Source: Macrostomum lignano
Lineage: Eukaryota
Length of the DNA: 64,000 bases
Assembly (NCBI GenBank): GCA_002269645.1
Contig: NIVC01001566.1
Location: 62,001-126,000 of the forward strand
Reading direction: 5' to 3'
The notes below the pieces were generated by a model, which searched no databases, was not told the origin of the DNA, and saw only the letters and a program-made list of their open reading frames with translations. Position numbers and translations under genes: made by a program. How positions within the stretch are numbered: the first letter of the stretch is position 1; each line of letters starts with the position of its first letter. Positions 12,168-22,471 of this stretch are shown here, one piece after another.

Positions 12168-12248
12168 CGCGTATCTGTCCTCGAACGCCTGCTTGAACTC
12201 GTCCATGCCGCGCGTGATGTCGAACACCGTCATACGACGGGCGTCCAT
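12168..12248 (-). CDS. Probable first coding exon of the F-box/LRR gene
   Basis: ATG at 12248, MDARRMTVFDITRGMDEFKQAFEDRYA, then a GTAGGC donor. Phase-0 join to exon 2; the 7 exons sum to 1554 nt (517 aa + stop) with all phases consistent. Confidence 0.6.
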
Positions 12249-12657
12249 TATTTTCCTTTTTTGTGTCGATCCCTTCCCTCCCGAGAAGGGAGACGGTTGT
12301 ATATTTATGCTACACCTGGAGGCGAAAATGAAATCATAAAGCTGTCCAATCTGCGAACGAGTCGGCTGTGCCGGTCTAATTTAGGTCAGCACAAACCCAT
12401 ATGTACAGAGAAGATGCTTGTTACTCTACTGGCTACTGAGCACGCCAAAATTAAGTAGCAATTAAAGTGCATTGTTTGAACAGTATAATTTCATTTTTTC
12501 GCTCAATTTCCTTAATCAAATAAGCCGAATTGGTTGTAATTTTTTGAAACAACTTCAGTTTTATTATCATCAGACTTTAATGATTTCGCAATAGAAGAAA
12601 CGCAATTGCAAGGATCGCCGACAAAAAAATGACAACAAAAATGCCTACAGTTGGAAG

Positions 12658-14325
12658 TTAGTTGGGTAGCGCCAGGCGCCAGACTAGCGCCATATTTCGC
12701 GCCGACTTGTCCACCAGCCAGCGGCCCCACTTGTGCTCCTGGCCGAGGCCGGCCGCCAGCCTCAGTTCGTCGCCTCCATCATCATCAGGCTCCTCATCTG
12801 CTGAGGCTGGCCAGAAAGCCAGCTGATTGACAAAGCCGGCAGCCGGCAGTTCGAGCAGCCGGCTCAGCGTCATGCCAGAGGACCCGGGCTGGGCGGCCAC
12901 GCGCCAAAGGCGCACCAATCCGTCCCAGGAGCCGCTGGCCAGCAGATCCGCATTCTTCACGGCGGCCAGAGCCGTCACCCAGCGGTCCGGGCCGTGCGCC
13001 GCCGCCACCTTGGCCACTGGCCGCTTCTTCTGCATCGACCACAGGCACAGGCTGCCGTCGCCTTGACCGCTGGCGAATACCTGCTCCGTAACCATGGCAA
13101 CGCATTCGCAGCTATTCGGCCCGCCGCCGGGCGGCAATTCGAACACTAGCTGAGACTCTTCGGCCAGTTTCCATAGTCGCAGAGACTTATCCGGGCCGCC
13201 GCAGCTGATGCAGCGGTCCAGGCGCATGGCATCCAGTCCCAGTACGGGGGCGCTGTGACCGAACAGGGCCTCAATGAAGCCCAGGCCGCAGTCTGGCGCT
13301 CCGCCCAGGCCCCAGTGCCGCACCGTCTTGTCGTGCGAGCCGCTGAACAGATGCAGCCCGCCGCCGCTGCCGGATCCAGGCGCCCGCCTACGATATGCCA
13401 ATGCGTTGACGGCCGCCCGGTGACCGCGGAACTGGTGCACCAGCTGCAGGCTGTCGGCCTGCCACACCAGCACGAGGCCGTCGGCATCGCCGGTGGCCAA
13501 CCGGGTCTGATCGGAGCTCAGCGCCATGCACAGCACGTGGCCGCGGTGCAGAACGGCGCCGTCCGCCTCCGCCAGCTGCTGCTCAGTCTTGGCCTTCGGC
13601 TTGGACTTTAAGGAATGCCGGCAACGCTGCCGGAGGCCGCCCGGCACGTGGGCTACTCGGCGAAGATGCCGACGCTCGCTGTCGCCGTCTTTGATCAGCA
13701 CAGCTTGCAGAGACCAGCGCGCCACGGAACCGTCCTTGCTGGCGGTGTACAGAGAATTGTCGCCGAGCTGCACGCAGGTGACAGCCAGGCGGTGCCAGTT
13801 CTTTGCCAGACTGACGCTGCTGCTAGCGGCGTCGGCGGCAACGGCGGCTCCCTCGGCGACGATGGCATCGGCGAAGCTGGCGCGCAGGCGGCCGGCCCGT
13901 CGGAGATTCGCCGACTGCAGCCGGGCGCTGACCGCGCCGGTCACGTGAGCCTCCTCGTCTTCGTCATCATCATCTTCATCCTCGTCGCCATAGCCAAGTC
14001 GTTCGGCTTCGCGCGCTTTCAACTCGCCGATGAGCTGCTGGGCCAGGCGCACTCGGGCCTCCTGCGGCGTCTCCAGCGCGTTGTCGTCGTCGTTCATAGC
14101 GGCGCTGTCCAAGTCGGCGGCGGTGGCGACATTGACGGGTTCGTCAAATTCCGATTCGCTGGTGATTTCCTCTTCAGCTTTGACCTTTTCGGGTCGCTTC
14201 TTCTGCTTTTTCGACGCCTGTTGAGACTTGCCGTTGATGCCGGGCGCAGCGGCTGCCGCAGCGTAACGCAAGCGTTTCGCAACGGAGATCTTTGCCGGCT
14301 TTGTCCGTTTGGTTGGATTCGGCAT
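12658..14325 (-). CDS. RRP9: U3 snoRNA-associated WD40 protein RRP9 / U3-55K, single exon
   Basis: 555-aa ORF. Basic/acidic N-terminus with ETPQEARVRLAQQLI, WD40 repeats (FRGHRAAVNAL, LFSGSHDKTVRHW, LFGHSAPV, ASGSWDG.VRLW) and C-terminal GQEHKWGRW, characteristic of RRP9. Confidence 0.93.
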   Translation of the reverse strand: MPNPTKRTKPAKISVAKRLRYAAAAAAPGINGKSQQASKKQKKRPEKVKAEEEITSESEFDEPVNVATAADLDSAAMNDDDNALETPQEARVRLAQQLIGELKAREAERLGYGDEDEDDDDEDEEAHVTGAVSARLQSANLRRAGRLRASFADAIVAEGAAVAADAASSSVSLAKNWHRLAVTCVQLGDNSLYTASKDGSVARWSLQAVLIKDGDSERRHLRRVAHVPGGLRQRCRHSLKSKPKAKTEQQLAEADGAVLHRGHVLCMALSSDQTRLATGDADGLVLVWQADSLQLVHQFRGHRAAVNALAYRRRAPGSGSGGGLHLFSGSHDKTVRHWGLGGAPDCGLGFIEALFGHSAPVLGLDAMRLDRCISCGGPDKSLRLWKLAEESQLVFELPPGGGPNSCECVAMVTEQVFASGQGDGSLCLWSMQKKRPVAKVAAAHGPDRWVTALAAVKNADLLASGSWDGLVRLWRVAAQPGSSGMTLSRLLELPAAGFVNQLAFWPASADEEPDDDGGDELRLAAGLGQEHKWGRWLVDKSARNMALVWRLALPN

Positions 14326-16429
14326 TGTTTTGTAATTACAAAAAGCCTTACAGAATTAATAAATAACTCAAAAAGAATTACAGGCGGCTGGTTGCGTTGC
14401 CAAGCCGGCAGATTGAATCACAGGTGGCAGTTGGAGGCTGGAAATATCAGTTGTTTGCATCATTCATATATACTTTCAATCAAGGCTATTCTGTAAGACT
14501 TTTTTGTTTACTCAACATCTATATCACAAAAAGTGTAGGCAGCGCATTGACCCCCATTGAGATTTCGCCAAGATAACTGTCGGCTAGAAGCCAATTGACA
14601 TTGCCCAATCGGCGCCGTTAAACTTCCATTACAGAAGCAAGGCGCCTAATTGAGGCCGCCTGACTTAGTAGATTCACTCTCTGACAGAGTTGGTCCGGGG
14701 AGTTTGTCCCAGGGTAATACAGGGGCTACAGAAGAGCCCGTTGAGTGACCCCGATGCTTAGCCGCAACCACCTACACTGATCTAAGTGCCTACACAGCTA
14801 TTTATACCCGCTACGAATGGTCTTCAATTTAATGAAAACCTAATTTTCGTAAGGTGAGCAACAATAAAGCTATAAATCAAAAGTGGCCATCATTTTTTTG
14901 CGAATAACAAGTTAATACAGTTTAAGATAGTTTAAGATTACATCCTTCAAAATTTATCAATTTAATTTATAAAAATTTACGCTCGCACCTCACCCAAAAC
15001 TAGCAAATAAGTGAGAGATAAAAAGCTAAACTATAGATCATACTACTTACACTAAGTAGGGGAATTGCGTATACAAATAAAAAATTGCACATAATTTCTA
15101 CGAATTTACAAAAATGAAAACACCTAATTCCTCTACAAGGCACAAGGATTATATGTATTTTGATGGTATTAATCTACATTTAGGTAAATTAATATTTCAG
15201 TTATAATAACCATTACGTTTAAGAACTGCCTACGATAATATTGAAGGTTTTACTATCAATCAAAGTTACTGAAAATAGGAATGTCTGTCATCAGACAGCT
15301 GAACTCAGTCCGTTTCGCTGACCCCTGAGCTGAACAAGCACACTGATACGTACGCAGTCACACAAGGGTGTACAGCGGCACCTACTTTCTCATCGACAAG
15401 CATGTACATGTACACTACACGCAGCGAATCGGGGTGAGAGGTTGTGGCCGCGTGCGGATTCAAGCCCGGGGACTATACCCACTCAAACAGCTGACAAGCA
15501 TGAACATGACGAAATGCAAATGAGAGCACAAGACAAGAGACAGGAGACAGGCTCTCACCATAGCGGAGGAATCTTCCGCTAAAAATCCGTTATTAGCTGC
15601 CAAGGCCAAATTCCTGCGACTGCCGCTCGGTCGCAGACTGCTGCGTCTCTGTCCACCGGACACTGGGGCCAGCATCTCCTCTTTATTTAGAGCTATATAG
15701 AAGATTATAAGACCTTTGGGAAAAGGGGAAGTCGTAAAGAAAGTATCGAAATTCAACACCTCTCCAGGGGCAAATGGGATATTGAAATTAGATGCTAGCG
15801 CGCGCAGCAAGGGAACGGCAGATCAAATATAGCGCTGCCGCCTTAGAATATTTAACATTTTGCCTCCGCCGCTGGATAGCTAGCGGCAAGAAAACCAAGG
15901 ATGGAAAGTTCGGCGAACGGGAGAGACGGGAGGGGGAGAACTCCTAAGCCAAGCCAATAGAATCTGTTGCGATCTATAATGGTGAACACCAGCTGCCTTA
16001 CCTTCAGCTTCTAGAGCCTAATCTACCCTACCCAGCCAAAGACGCTGCAAAGGCCCATAGTCTCGCATTTACCGACTAACTAAAAGAATTGCGCAGTCAG
16101 GATGAAAAAAATGGATGACGACTGTTGGAGGCCGCGGTGTACAGCAACGAAGAAACTATGTACCTAATACTCGAACTTATCTAATTTGCCTGTTGCCAGC
16201 AAGACACCCAAGTGTCTGCTGCGAACCCTACGCTGAATGGTGAGGGAGGAATCGAGATGGCAGCTGTTGCAGTACCTGTGCGCTTGTTATATTTTTATAT
16301 TGGTGACAACTGGCTGCAAACACTTGAAAGTTGCTGCAAACTGTGCATCCATTTCTGCGAATATTCTACTGTTAAACTGCTGGCTTAAAATCTCAAAAGT
16401 AAATACCTGTTTTATCGCCATGTCAAGCC

Positions 16430-16900
16430 ATTAAAGACTCGGAATATCAAGCCACTAAAGAATTGCCATGTCAAGCCATTAAAGAATCGGCCATGTCAAG
16501 CCATTAAAGAATCGGCCATGTCAAGTTATTAAAGAATCGGCCATGTCAAGTTATTAAAGAATCGGCCATGTCAAGTCATTAAAGAATCGGCCATGTCAAG
16601 TTATTAAAGAATCGCCATGTCAAGCCATCAAAGAATCGCCATATCAGACATAAAAGAATCGCCATGTCAGACATAAAAGAATCGCTATGTCAGACATAAA
16701 AGAATCGCCATGTCAGACATAAAAGAATCGCCATGTCAGACATAAAAGAATCGCATGTCAACTATAAGACTCATTGAATCGCTAAGATGCTCATGAAGGA
16801 TTGCTGAGTCATCAAGGCTTAGGAGATGTTGCTTATGAAGAGTTGCTGAGATGTCAAGGCAGGGGGGCATTGCTAAAATACTGTAGCTCATGGAGAGTCA
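16430..16900. repeat. 25-to-23-bp tandem repeat plus GAGATGTCAAGGC motifs; fragment of the same family as the 39-48 kb Helitron-like module
   Basis: Units ...AAAGAATCGGCCATGTCAAG / CAGACATAAAAGAATCGCCATGT; compare 46595-46620 and 46660-47600. Confidence 0.8.
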
Positions 16901-18080
16901 CTCAGATGCTTTGAGCCAAATCTCATAGGGGGTCTGATATCTTTGGATTTCAGATACCTGGCTTTCAGGACAGATGCATTTTGCTTTACATATATTTTTT
17001 CTTAAAAATTTAAGTGACTTTACAAGGTTAAAACCTATATGTAGTTTATTTAAAAAATCCTTCCTTTGTTGTTTCCCCAATGGGGGCAAGATAGCTAATC
17101 TTAGCTATAACTAACTAAGTCCAACTTTAATGCATATGCTGTCAATGGAGCAAAATATATAAACTTAAAGTTTTCATGTTTTGTGAAAGAAGATTCATTT
17201 TAATTTTCCAAGACTATACTAAAAATTCAAGCTAAAAAAACAAAAAAAAGTGCAGAAATCAACAAAGTTTTGCCATTAAGGTAAAAAATTAAGACAAGAC
17301 AAAATAAAAAAGTTAAAACTAATGACTAAATAATAATGGGCTTATATATAAATACTACCTCTCATAAATATTTAGGTTTAACTAAAAACTATACCTATAA
17401 AGGATTTGCTAGCATAAGTAACTTTATACAAAATGAAGCAATTGCTAGCTTAATAAAAAAAACTAATAAGCATAACCATATCACAATTGTCATGATTGTT
17501 AAGATGTATAAATATTGTATTTAGCTTTATAAATTTAGGATTTATAAATATAATGCATTTTAATGGTCTATAGTGTTCATTTTTTAATAAAAAAGCTATG
17601 GTTATATTAGAGCTTCATCTGAATGTTGAATATGCCTTTTAACTACTTTATTAATACCAATAAAATATTAATCAACATAGACAAGCATATGGTATTATGA
17701 GCTAAGTTACATATCAAAATGAAATTTAATTGTCATAATAGACTAAGACCAAAAATCAAGTGCTTATTTATTTTTCATCATTAAAAATAAAATCTATAAA
17801 ATCATTTATAGTCCTACTTTGCTATTGTAAGCAACCTTTTATTATTTGAGGTAATTAAACTAGTAAATTAGCTTGAATATATAATAAGATTGAGAGTAAT
17901 ATAATAGAGGCCAGAAGGTGTCCCAAAAAGGTTGATTTTTAACTGTCTGCTCCTATTTCCTAGCAAGTGCATATGCTAATAGTCAATAATAAAAGTTTTG
18001 TTTCCTGCATTTTTGATTTTGATTGGTGCTTTTATTCATGAGCAACAGCATTTAAAACTGGCTGAAATTGCCATTGCAAG

Positions 18081-18292
18081 TGTTGCGTATTGCTATGACT
18101 CTTGCAAAGTATAGACTTTTACTTTGAAAATAGTCTATGGTTTATGCGACGCGATACAGTACTCTCCTTTGTTTGCTAAGCTTCAAATCTTTTCATTTAG
18201 GAGCACAAGACCCTAGGAGCGCGCTGCCGCTAAAATATAGCTTAATTTCAAACTACCATAATTCATTGACTTGGCGTTCCTCAAACAAAACA
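18081..18292 (+). repeat. 5' LTR
   Basis: TGTTGCG...AAAACA; identical to 22260-22471 except 2 adjacent bases (CT vs AC at LTR positions 21-22). Confidence 0.96.
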
Positions 18293-18305
18293 TGGCGACG
18301 AGGAT
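18293..18305 (+). promoter_or_regulatory. Primer-binding site, complementary to a tRNA 3' end (probably tRNA-Ser GCU)
   Basis: TGGCGACGAGGAT immediately after the LTR. tRNA identity is from recalled tRNA-Ser(GCU) 3' end ...AUCCUCGUCGCCA. Confidence 0.75.
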
Positions 18306-18353
18306 AAAAAGCAACTGAGGGTCAAGGAAAATTCCGCACCTGCTGCCCTCAAA

Positions 18354-21230
18354 ATGGCTCAGTCAATGGAGTACCGTCTTGGTGAGATGCCACTTTCTTA
18401 CCCAGAGATAGAACAATACTTCAAACGACTTCTGTTCTACCTGGAGGCAACTGAGAAGAATGAGCAAGCTAAAGCAGTCCTACTGGCTACCTGCGGTGAA
18501 TCTGCATTCAATCTGGTGGAGGAGCTGATAAAACCAGAAGACATCACCAAGGCCGGTGTTACGTTCAAGTCGATTCAGGACACTTTGCTCGAGCACTTCA
18601 AACCGAAAGTTCTGCTTCATTATGAGCGACATGTGTTCCATTCTACTGTTCAAAAGGACGCGGAGAGCATTACAAATTTCGTTGCACGGCTCAAGCAACA
18701 GGCGAACAAGTGCCAATATGGTGAATTGCGCGAAGACCTGATCCTGTCTCAGTTCATCTTCGGACTTCGTAGTCAGAATCTGTGGCAAAAACTGCTATCC
18801 AAAGGCACGCTTGAGCTTAATGATGCTATTCAAGAGGGACTCATGACCGAGTCAATTGCAACTGCTACAGACAAACCAGAAACTATCGCTAATGTGCAGA
18901 ATGCTGGGACATTCTCGAGACCAAGAAGCTGCAGTGCCCAACGCTCTGTCTCATTCAAGCAACCTCAGGGACATCTGCATAATCAGTCGAGCGGCAAACC
19001 TAAAGGTAAAACGGCTAAGTGTCACACCTGTGGGAAATCGGGACATCTACGATCAGCATGCAGGTTCCGAGAAGCCAAGTGCCATAAATGCGGCAAGGTA
19101 GGACATCTAGCTACCGTGTGCAGATCAAAGGCTATGAACGCAATCCAACGAATGCCAAGCTGCAGCCCTTCACCAGGGAACACTAGCTCTTACCATCTGG
19201 AACTCATTCATGCGGTTAGACAGCCAAAAACGGGTTACTCAGATCAGTGGTTTGTTTGGTGTCGTCTAGGAAAAACCGAAGTCAACATGCTTGTGGACAC
19301 CGGCAGCCAAGTAACCGTGGTTCCGGATCAAATCGCCAAGAGCTCAGGCTTAGAGTTACAGCCAGTCAGCCAAAAACTAAGATCTTACGGAGGTTTTCAA
19401 GCTACGGTCACTTCTGTCATCTACGGGGCAAAGCTACAGGTTATTGGTGGCAAGTCTGCTTCAGAAAACATCTACGTCGGTCATGATACAACAGCTATTC
19501 TGGGCATGAACTTCATACCGTCCCTAGACCTAGTGCGAATGGATCAAGCGGTTCGAGTGTCGAATGAACACAAGTGCCTACCAGTCGTCCGAGATCAAAA
19601 CTCAAACTTCATTGCCAGCTTTCGCTTACGTTCGGGTGTGAGTATGGAAGGCATGCGATTTCCTGCTCGCTCACTTCCTTTCTCCATGAAGTCTATGGTA
19701 GAAACCGAACTAAGAAGACTTCTTGCTTCAGGAATCATCTATTCAGTCAAGAATCCTACTGTTGCAGCGCCAATAGTCCCAGTGGTCAAGCCCGAGGGAT
19801 CAGTAAGACCTATTCGACTGTGTGGCGACTACTCTATGACGCTCAATCGTCTTATTGACGTGGACAAGTACAGGTTTCCGAAAATGGAGGAGATCCTGGC
19901 TAAGATTCCCAACGCTAAATTCTATACGGTCCTAGACTTAGAACAGGCCTTCTTACAGGTGGCTCTATCCCCTGAGAGCCAAGAGCTCACATGCATTTCT
20001 ACTCACATGGGATTCTTTGCATTCAGATATCTACAATTCGGGATTTCCGCGGCGCCTCTAATATTTCAGGAAATCATGGACGAAGTTCTTCGGGATGTAC
20101 CATTTACAGCCTCATATCAGGATGACATCATTATTGGGACTCCTGAGGATTCAGCCGAAAAACACATGCAGCTGGTTCGTCAAGTCAAGGATCGTTTGGC
20201 AAACTGCGGGTTCAAGATTAACCAGAGAAAGTCTCAAGAATGTCGTAGAGAAGTTCGATTTCTTGGCTTCATTTTGCGCGATGGAGGCATGCACCCCGAC
20301 CCAGCACGAATGGAGGCGTGGAAGAGGTTACCATATCCAAAAGACAAAGACCAACTGCGCAGCGCTCTGTGCACCTTCCGACACTATGGCGTCTTCTGCA
20401 AGAACTTTTCAATGATTGCACGACCGTTATATCAGCTGCTGAAGAAAGGAGTTCACTGGAGTTGGCATGGAAAGCAGTCTGAGGCATTCGACAAGCTTAA
20501 GAGCATTATTGCAGGCGGTGTGATAACCGCATACGACATTACGAAGCCGTTGTACTTGATTTGTGACGCCTCTAAGGATGGCCTCGGGTACGTTCTAGCT
20601 CATGATCCAATGCAAAGACAGGTTGTCTGGCTAGGCAGCCGAGTCCTGACTCCAGCGGAGAGCAACTACGCTAACATTGAGCGGGAGGCGTTAGCAATCG
20701 TCGAAGGGACCAGATACTTTTATCAGTACCTCGCGGGTCGAAAATTTACCATCATTTCTGATCACCGACCGCTTCAGTACATATTTAATCCGAACAAGGT
20801 CTCCGAGCGAGTTTCAGCAAGGATTCAGCGATGGGCATTACTGTTAAGAGCTTACGATTACAATGTGATGTACGTCAAGGGTGAAAAGATGTACGCTGCA
20901 GACACTTTGTCTAGACTTCCATTGCAGTCGGACTCAGCGGATCAGAAGATCAACCTCCTAGAAATCAATGCACTGGAGGGTTTCGGAAACTCCGAACAGC
21001 TACTGCAGAGGATCGTGCGAACTAAAGATTACAAGTTGGACATGCTCAAGAAGTACATTCAAGACGGCTGGCCTGCTTATACACCACCAGCTATGCTGCC
21101 ATATGCATGCAATAAGTTGGAATACACACTCCAAAATGGAGTGATTTTCAAAGGATTGCGCATCGTCCCACCCTCTAGCCTGAGAAGCGAAATTCTTCAG
21201 ATGCTTCACGAGGACCACCCGGCATCGTGA
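18354..21230 (+). CDS. Gag-Pol polyprotein (gag, two CCHC knuckles, protease, RT, RNase H, start of integrase)
   Basis: CHTCGKSGHLRSAC and CHKCGKVGHLATVC knuckles, LVDTGS protease, YQDD RT, CDASKDG / EREALAI / SDHRPL RNase H. Ends prematurely at a frameshift near 21220. Confidence 0.94.
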   Translation: MAQSMEYRLGEMPLSYPEIEQYFKRLLFYLEATEKNEQAKAVLLATCGESAFNLVEELIKPEDITKAGVTFKSIQDTLLEHFKPKVLLHYERHVFHSTVQKDAESITNFVARLKQQANKCQYGELREDLILSQFIFGLRSQNLWQKLLSKGTLELNDAIQEGLMTESIATATDKPETIANVQNAGTFSRPRSCSAQRSVSFKQPQGHLHNQSSGKPKGKTAKCHTCGKSGHLRSACRFREAKCHKCGKVGHLATVCRSKAMNAIQRMPSCSPSPGNTSSYHLELIHAVRQPKTGYSDQWFVWCRLGKTEVNMLVDTGSQVTVVPDQIAKSSGLELQPVSQKLRSYGGFQATVTSVIYGAKLQVIGGKSASENIYVGHDTTAILGMNFIPSLDLVRMDQAVRVSNEHKCLPVVRDQNSNFIASFRLRSGVSMEGMRFPARSLPFSMKSMVETELRRLLASGIIYSVKNPTVAAPIVPVVKPEGSVRPIRLCGDYSMTLNRLIDVDKYRFPKMEEILAKIPNAKFYTVLDLEQAFLQVALSPESQELTCISTHMGFFAFRYLQFGISAAPLIFQEIMDEVLRDVPFTASYQDDIIIGTPEDSAEKHMQLVRQVKDRLANCGFKINQRKSQECRREVRFLGFILRDGGMHPDPARMEAWKRLPYPKDKDQLRSALCTFRHYGVFCKNFSMIARPLYQLLKKGVHWSWHGKQSEAFDKLKSIIAGGVITAYDITKPLYLICDASKDGLGYVLAHDPMQRQVVWLGSRVLTPAESNYANIEREALAIVEGTRYFYQYLAGRKFTIISDHRPLQYIFNPNKVSERVSARIQRWALLLRAYDYNVMYVKGEKMYAADTLSRLPLQSDSADQKINLLEINALEGFGNSEQLLQRIVRTKDYKLDMLKKYIQDGWPAYTPPAMLPYACNKLEYTLQNGVIFKGLRIVPPSSLRSEILQMLHEDHPAS

Positions 21231-22210
21231 GGATGCTACGTCTATCCAGACAGTACTTCTGGTGGCCCGATATAGATGCTCAAATCAATGCATTCGTTCA
21301 ACGTTGTGTTCAATGCCAGCTACATGCTAGGAAAAGAAGCAATGCAAATCTGTCGTCATGGCCGGAGACAAAAAGTTTCTTCGAGAGAGTTCACGTTGAC
21401 ATCGCTACTTTCAAAGGTCAACGCTTCCTTGTCCTGGTTGACGCATTTTCAAAATGGGTAGATGTACAGTCCGTGCCGTCAATGAAAGCATCCATTGTCA
21501 TCAGTGAGCTGAGAAAAACGTTCAAGTATACCAGATTGCCGAAAAATCTGGTTTCGGACAATGGTGGAACTTTTGTGGCAGAAGATTTCGTTACTTTCCT
21601 GCAAGAGAACTACATCGTCCACACACTTACTCCCCCAGGACATCATCAGTCCAACGGTCAGGTGGAGAGAGTCATTGAAGAATTGGAGTTTTATTTAAGA
21701 AAGTTAAACGCTGGTGCCAATCTTTCTGAGCTGGAAAGGCATTTAGCAGGATTCTGCCTGTTTCAGAATACGACTCCTCACTGCAATGGATCAATTCCGG
21801 CACTTCTGGTGTTTCAGCAGTCGCCCCGAACACGTCTATCAGCCGTTTGTACAGAGAGGACGAGGCCGGTTCAAGAGCCAGTTCCTGTTTTCGTGCGTGT
21901 GGAGCACAAGGAGCAACGGGTCCCCTCTGAGCTGAAGTCTACAGTTGGTACAAATACTTTCCGAGACGCAGAAGGACGACTAGTGCACCAGTCCGATGCT
22001 ACTGCTCGTACAGAGGAACTACCGATTGATGATTCGAAGCAGTCTGGGATCACCCCTCGTGATACTGATGCAACTACGTGCCAAGACAGTGCTACGACAA
22101 GTCCAATGCGCCATGCAATGCAGTCGCCTAGGCACAAGGAACACGGTGTGCTCGAGTTCCGTAGGAGCACGCGAGTCAGGCGACCTCCGGAACGATTGAC
22201 TTATTACTGA
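21227..22210 (+). CDS. Integrase (frameshifted continuation of pol)
   Basis: RMLRLSRQYFWWP..CVQC (HHCC), RVHVD, LVSDNG, SNGQVER (DDE) and an RRSTRVRRPPERL tail. Confidence 0.92.
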   Translation: MRMLRLSRQYFWWPDIDAQINAFVQRCVQCQLHARKRSNANLSSWPETKSFFERVHVDIATFKGQRFLVLVDAFSKWVDVQSVPSMKASIVISELRKTFKYTRLPKNLVSDNGGTFVAEDFVTFLQENYIVHTLTPPGHHQSNGQVERVIEELEFYLRKLNAGANLSELERHLAGFCLFQNTTPHCNGSIPALLVFQQSPRTRLSAVCTERTRPVQEPVPVFVRVEHKEQRVPSELKSTVGTNTFRDAEGRLVHQSDATARTEELPIDDSKQSGITPRDTDATTCQDSATTSPMRHAMQSPRHKEHGVLEFRRSTRVRRPPERLTYY

Positions 22211-22259
22211 ATTGCTTGAGGTGTAACTTTGAACTGCACTGTATAAGCATCGGTGGGAG

Positions 22260-22471
22260 TGTTGCGTATTGCTATGACTACTGCAAAGTATAGACTTTTA
22301 CTTTGAAAATAGTCTATGGTTTATGCGACGCGATACAGTACTCTCCTTTGTTTGCTAAGCTTCAAATCTTTTCATTTAGGAGCACAAGACCCTAGGAGCG
22401 CGCTGCCGCTAAAATATAGCTTAATTTCAAACTACCATAATTCATTGACTTGGCGTTCCTCAAACAAAACA
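22260..22471 (+). repeat. 3' LTR, preceded by short polypurine tract GGTGGGAG
   Basis: Direct repeat of 18081-18292. Confidence 0.96.

Larger units (their letters stand above)
18081..22471 (+). mobile_element. Ty3/Gypsy LTR retrotransposon (Mag-like), 4391 bp
   Basis: Two 212-bp TG...CA LTRs, PBS, gag-pol with PR-RT-RH-INT order, PPT. No target-site duplication found. Confidence 0.96.

Noticed and set aside
12794-14496. Overlapping antisense and alternate-frame ORFs over RRP9
   Set aside because: Expected shadows of a GC-rich coding sequence; no recognisable domains.
15460-15810. 116-aa minus-strand ORF
   Set aside because: No motif, splice context or family resemblance that I could support.
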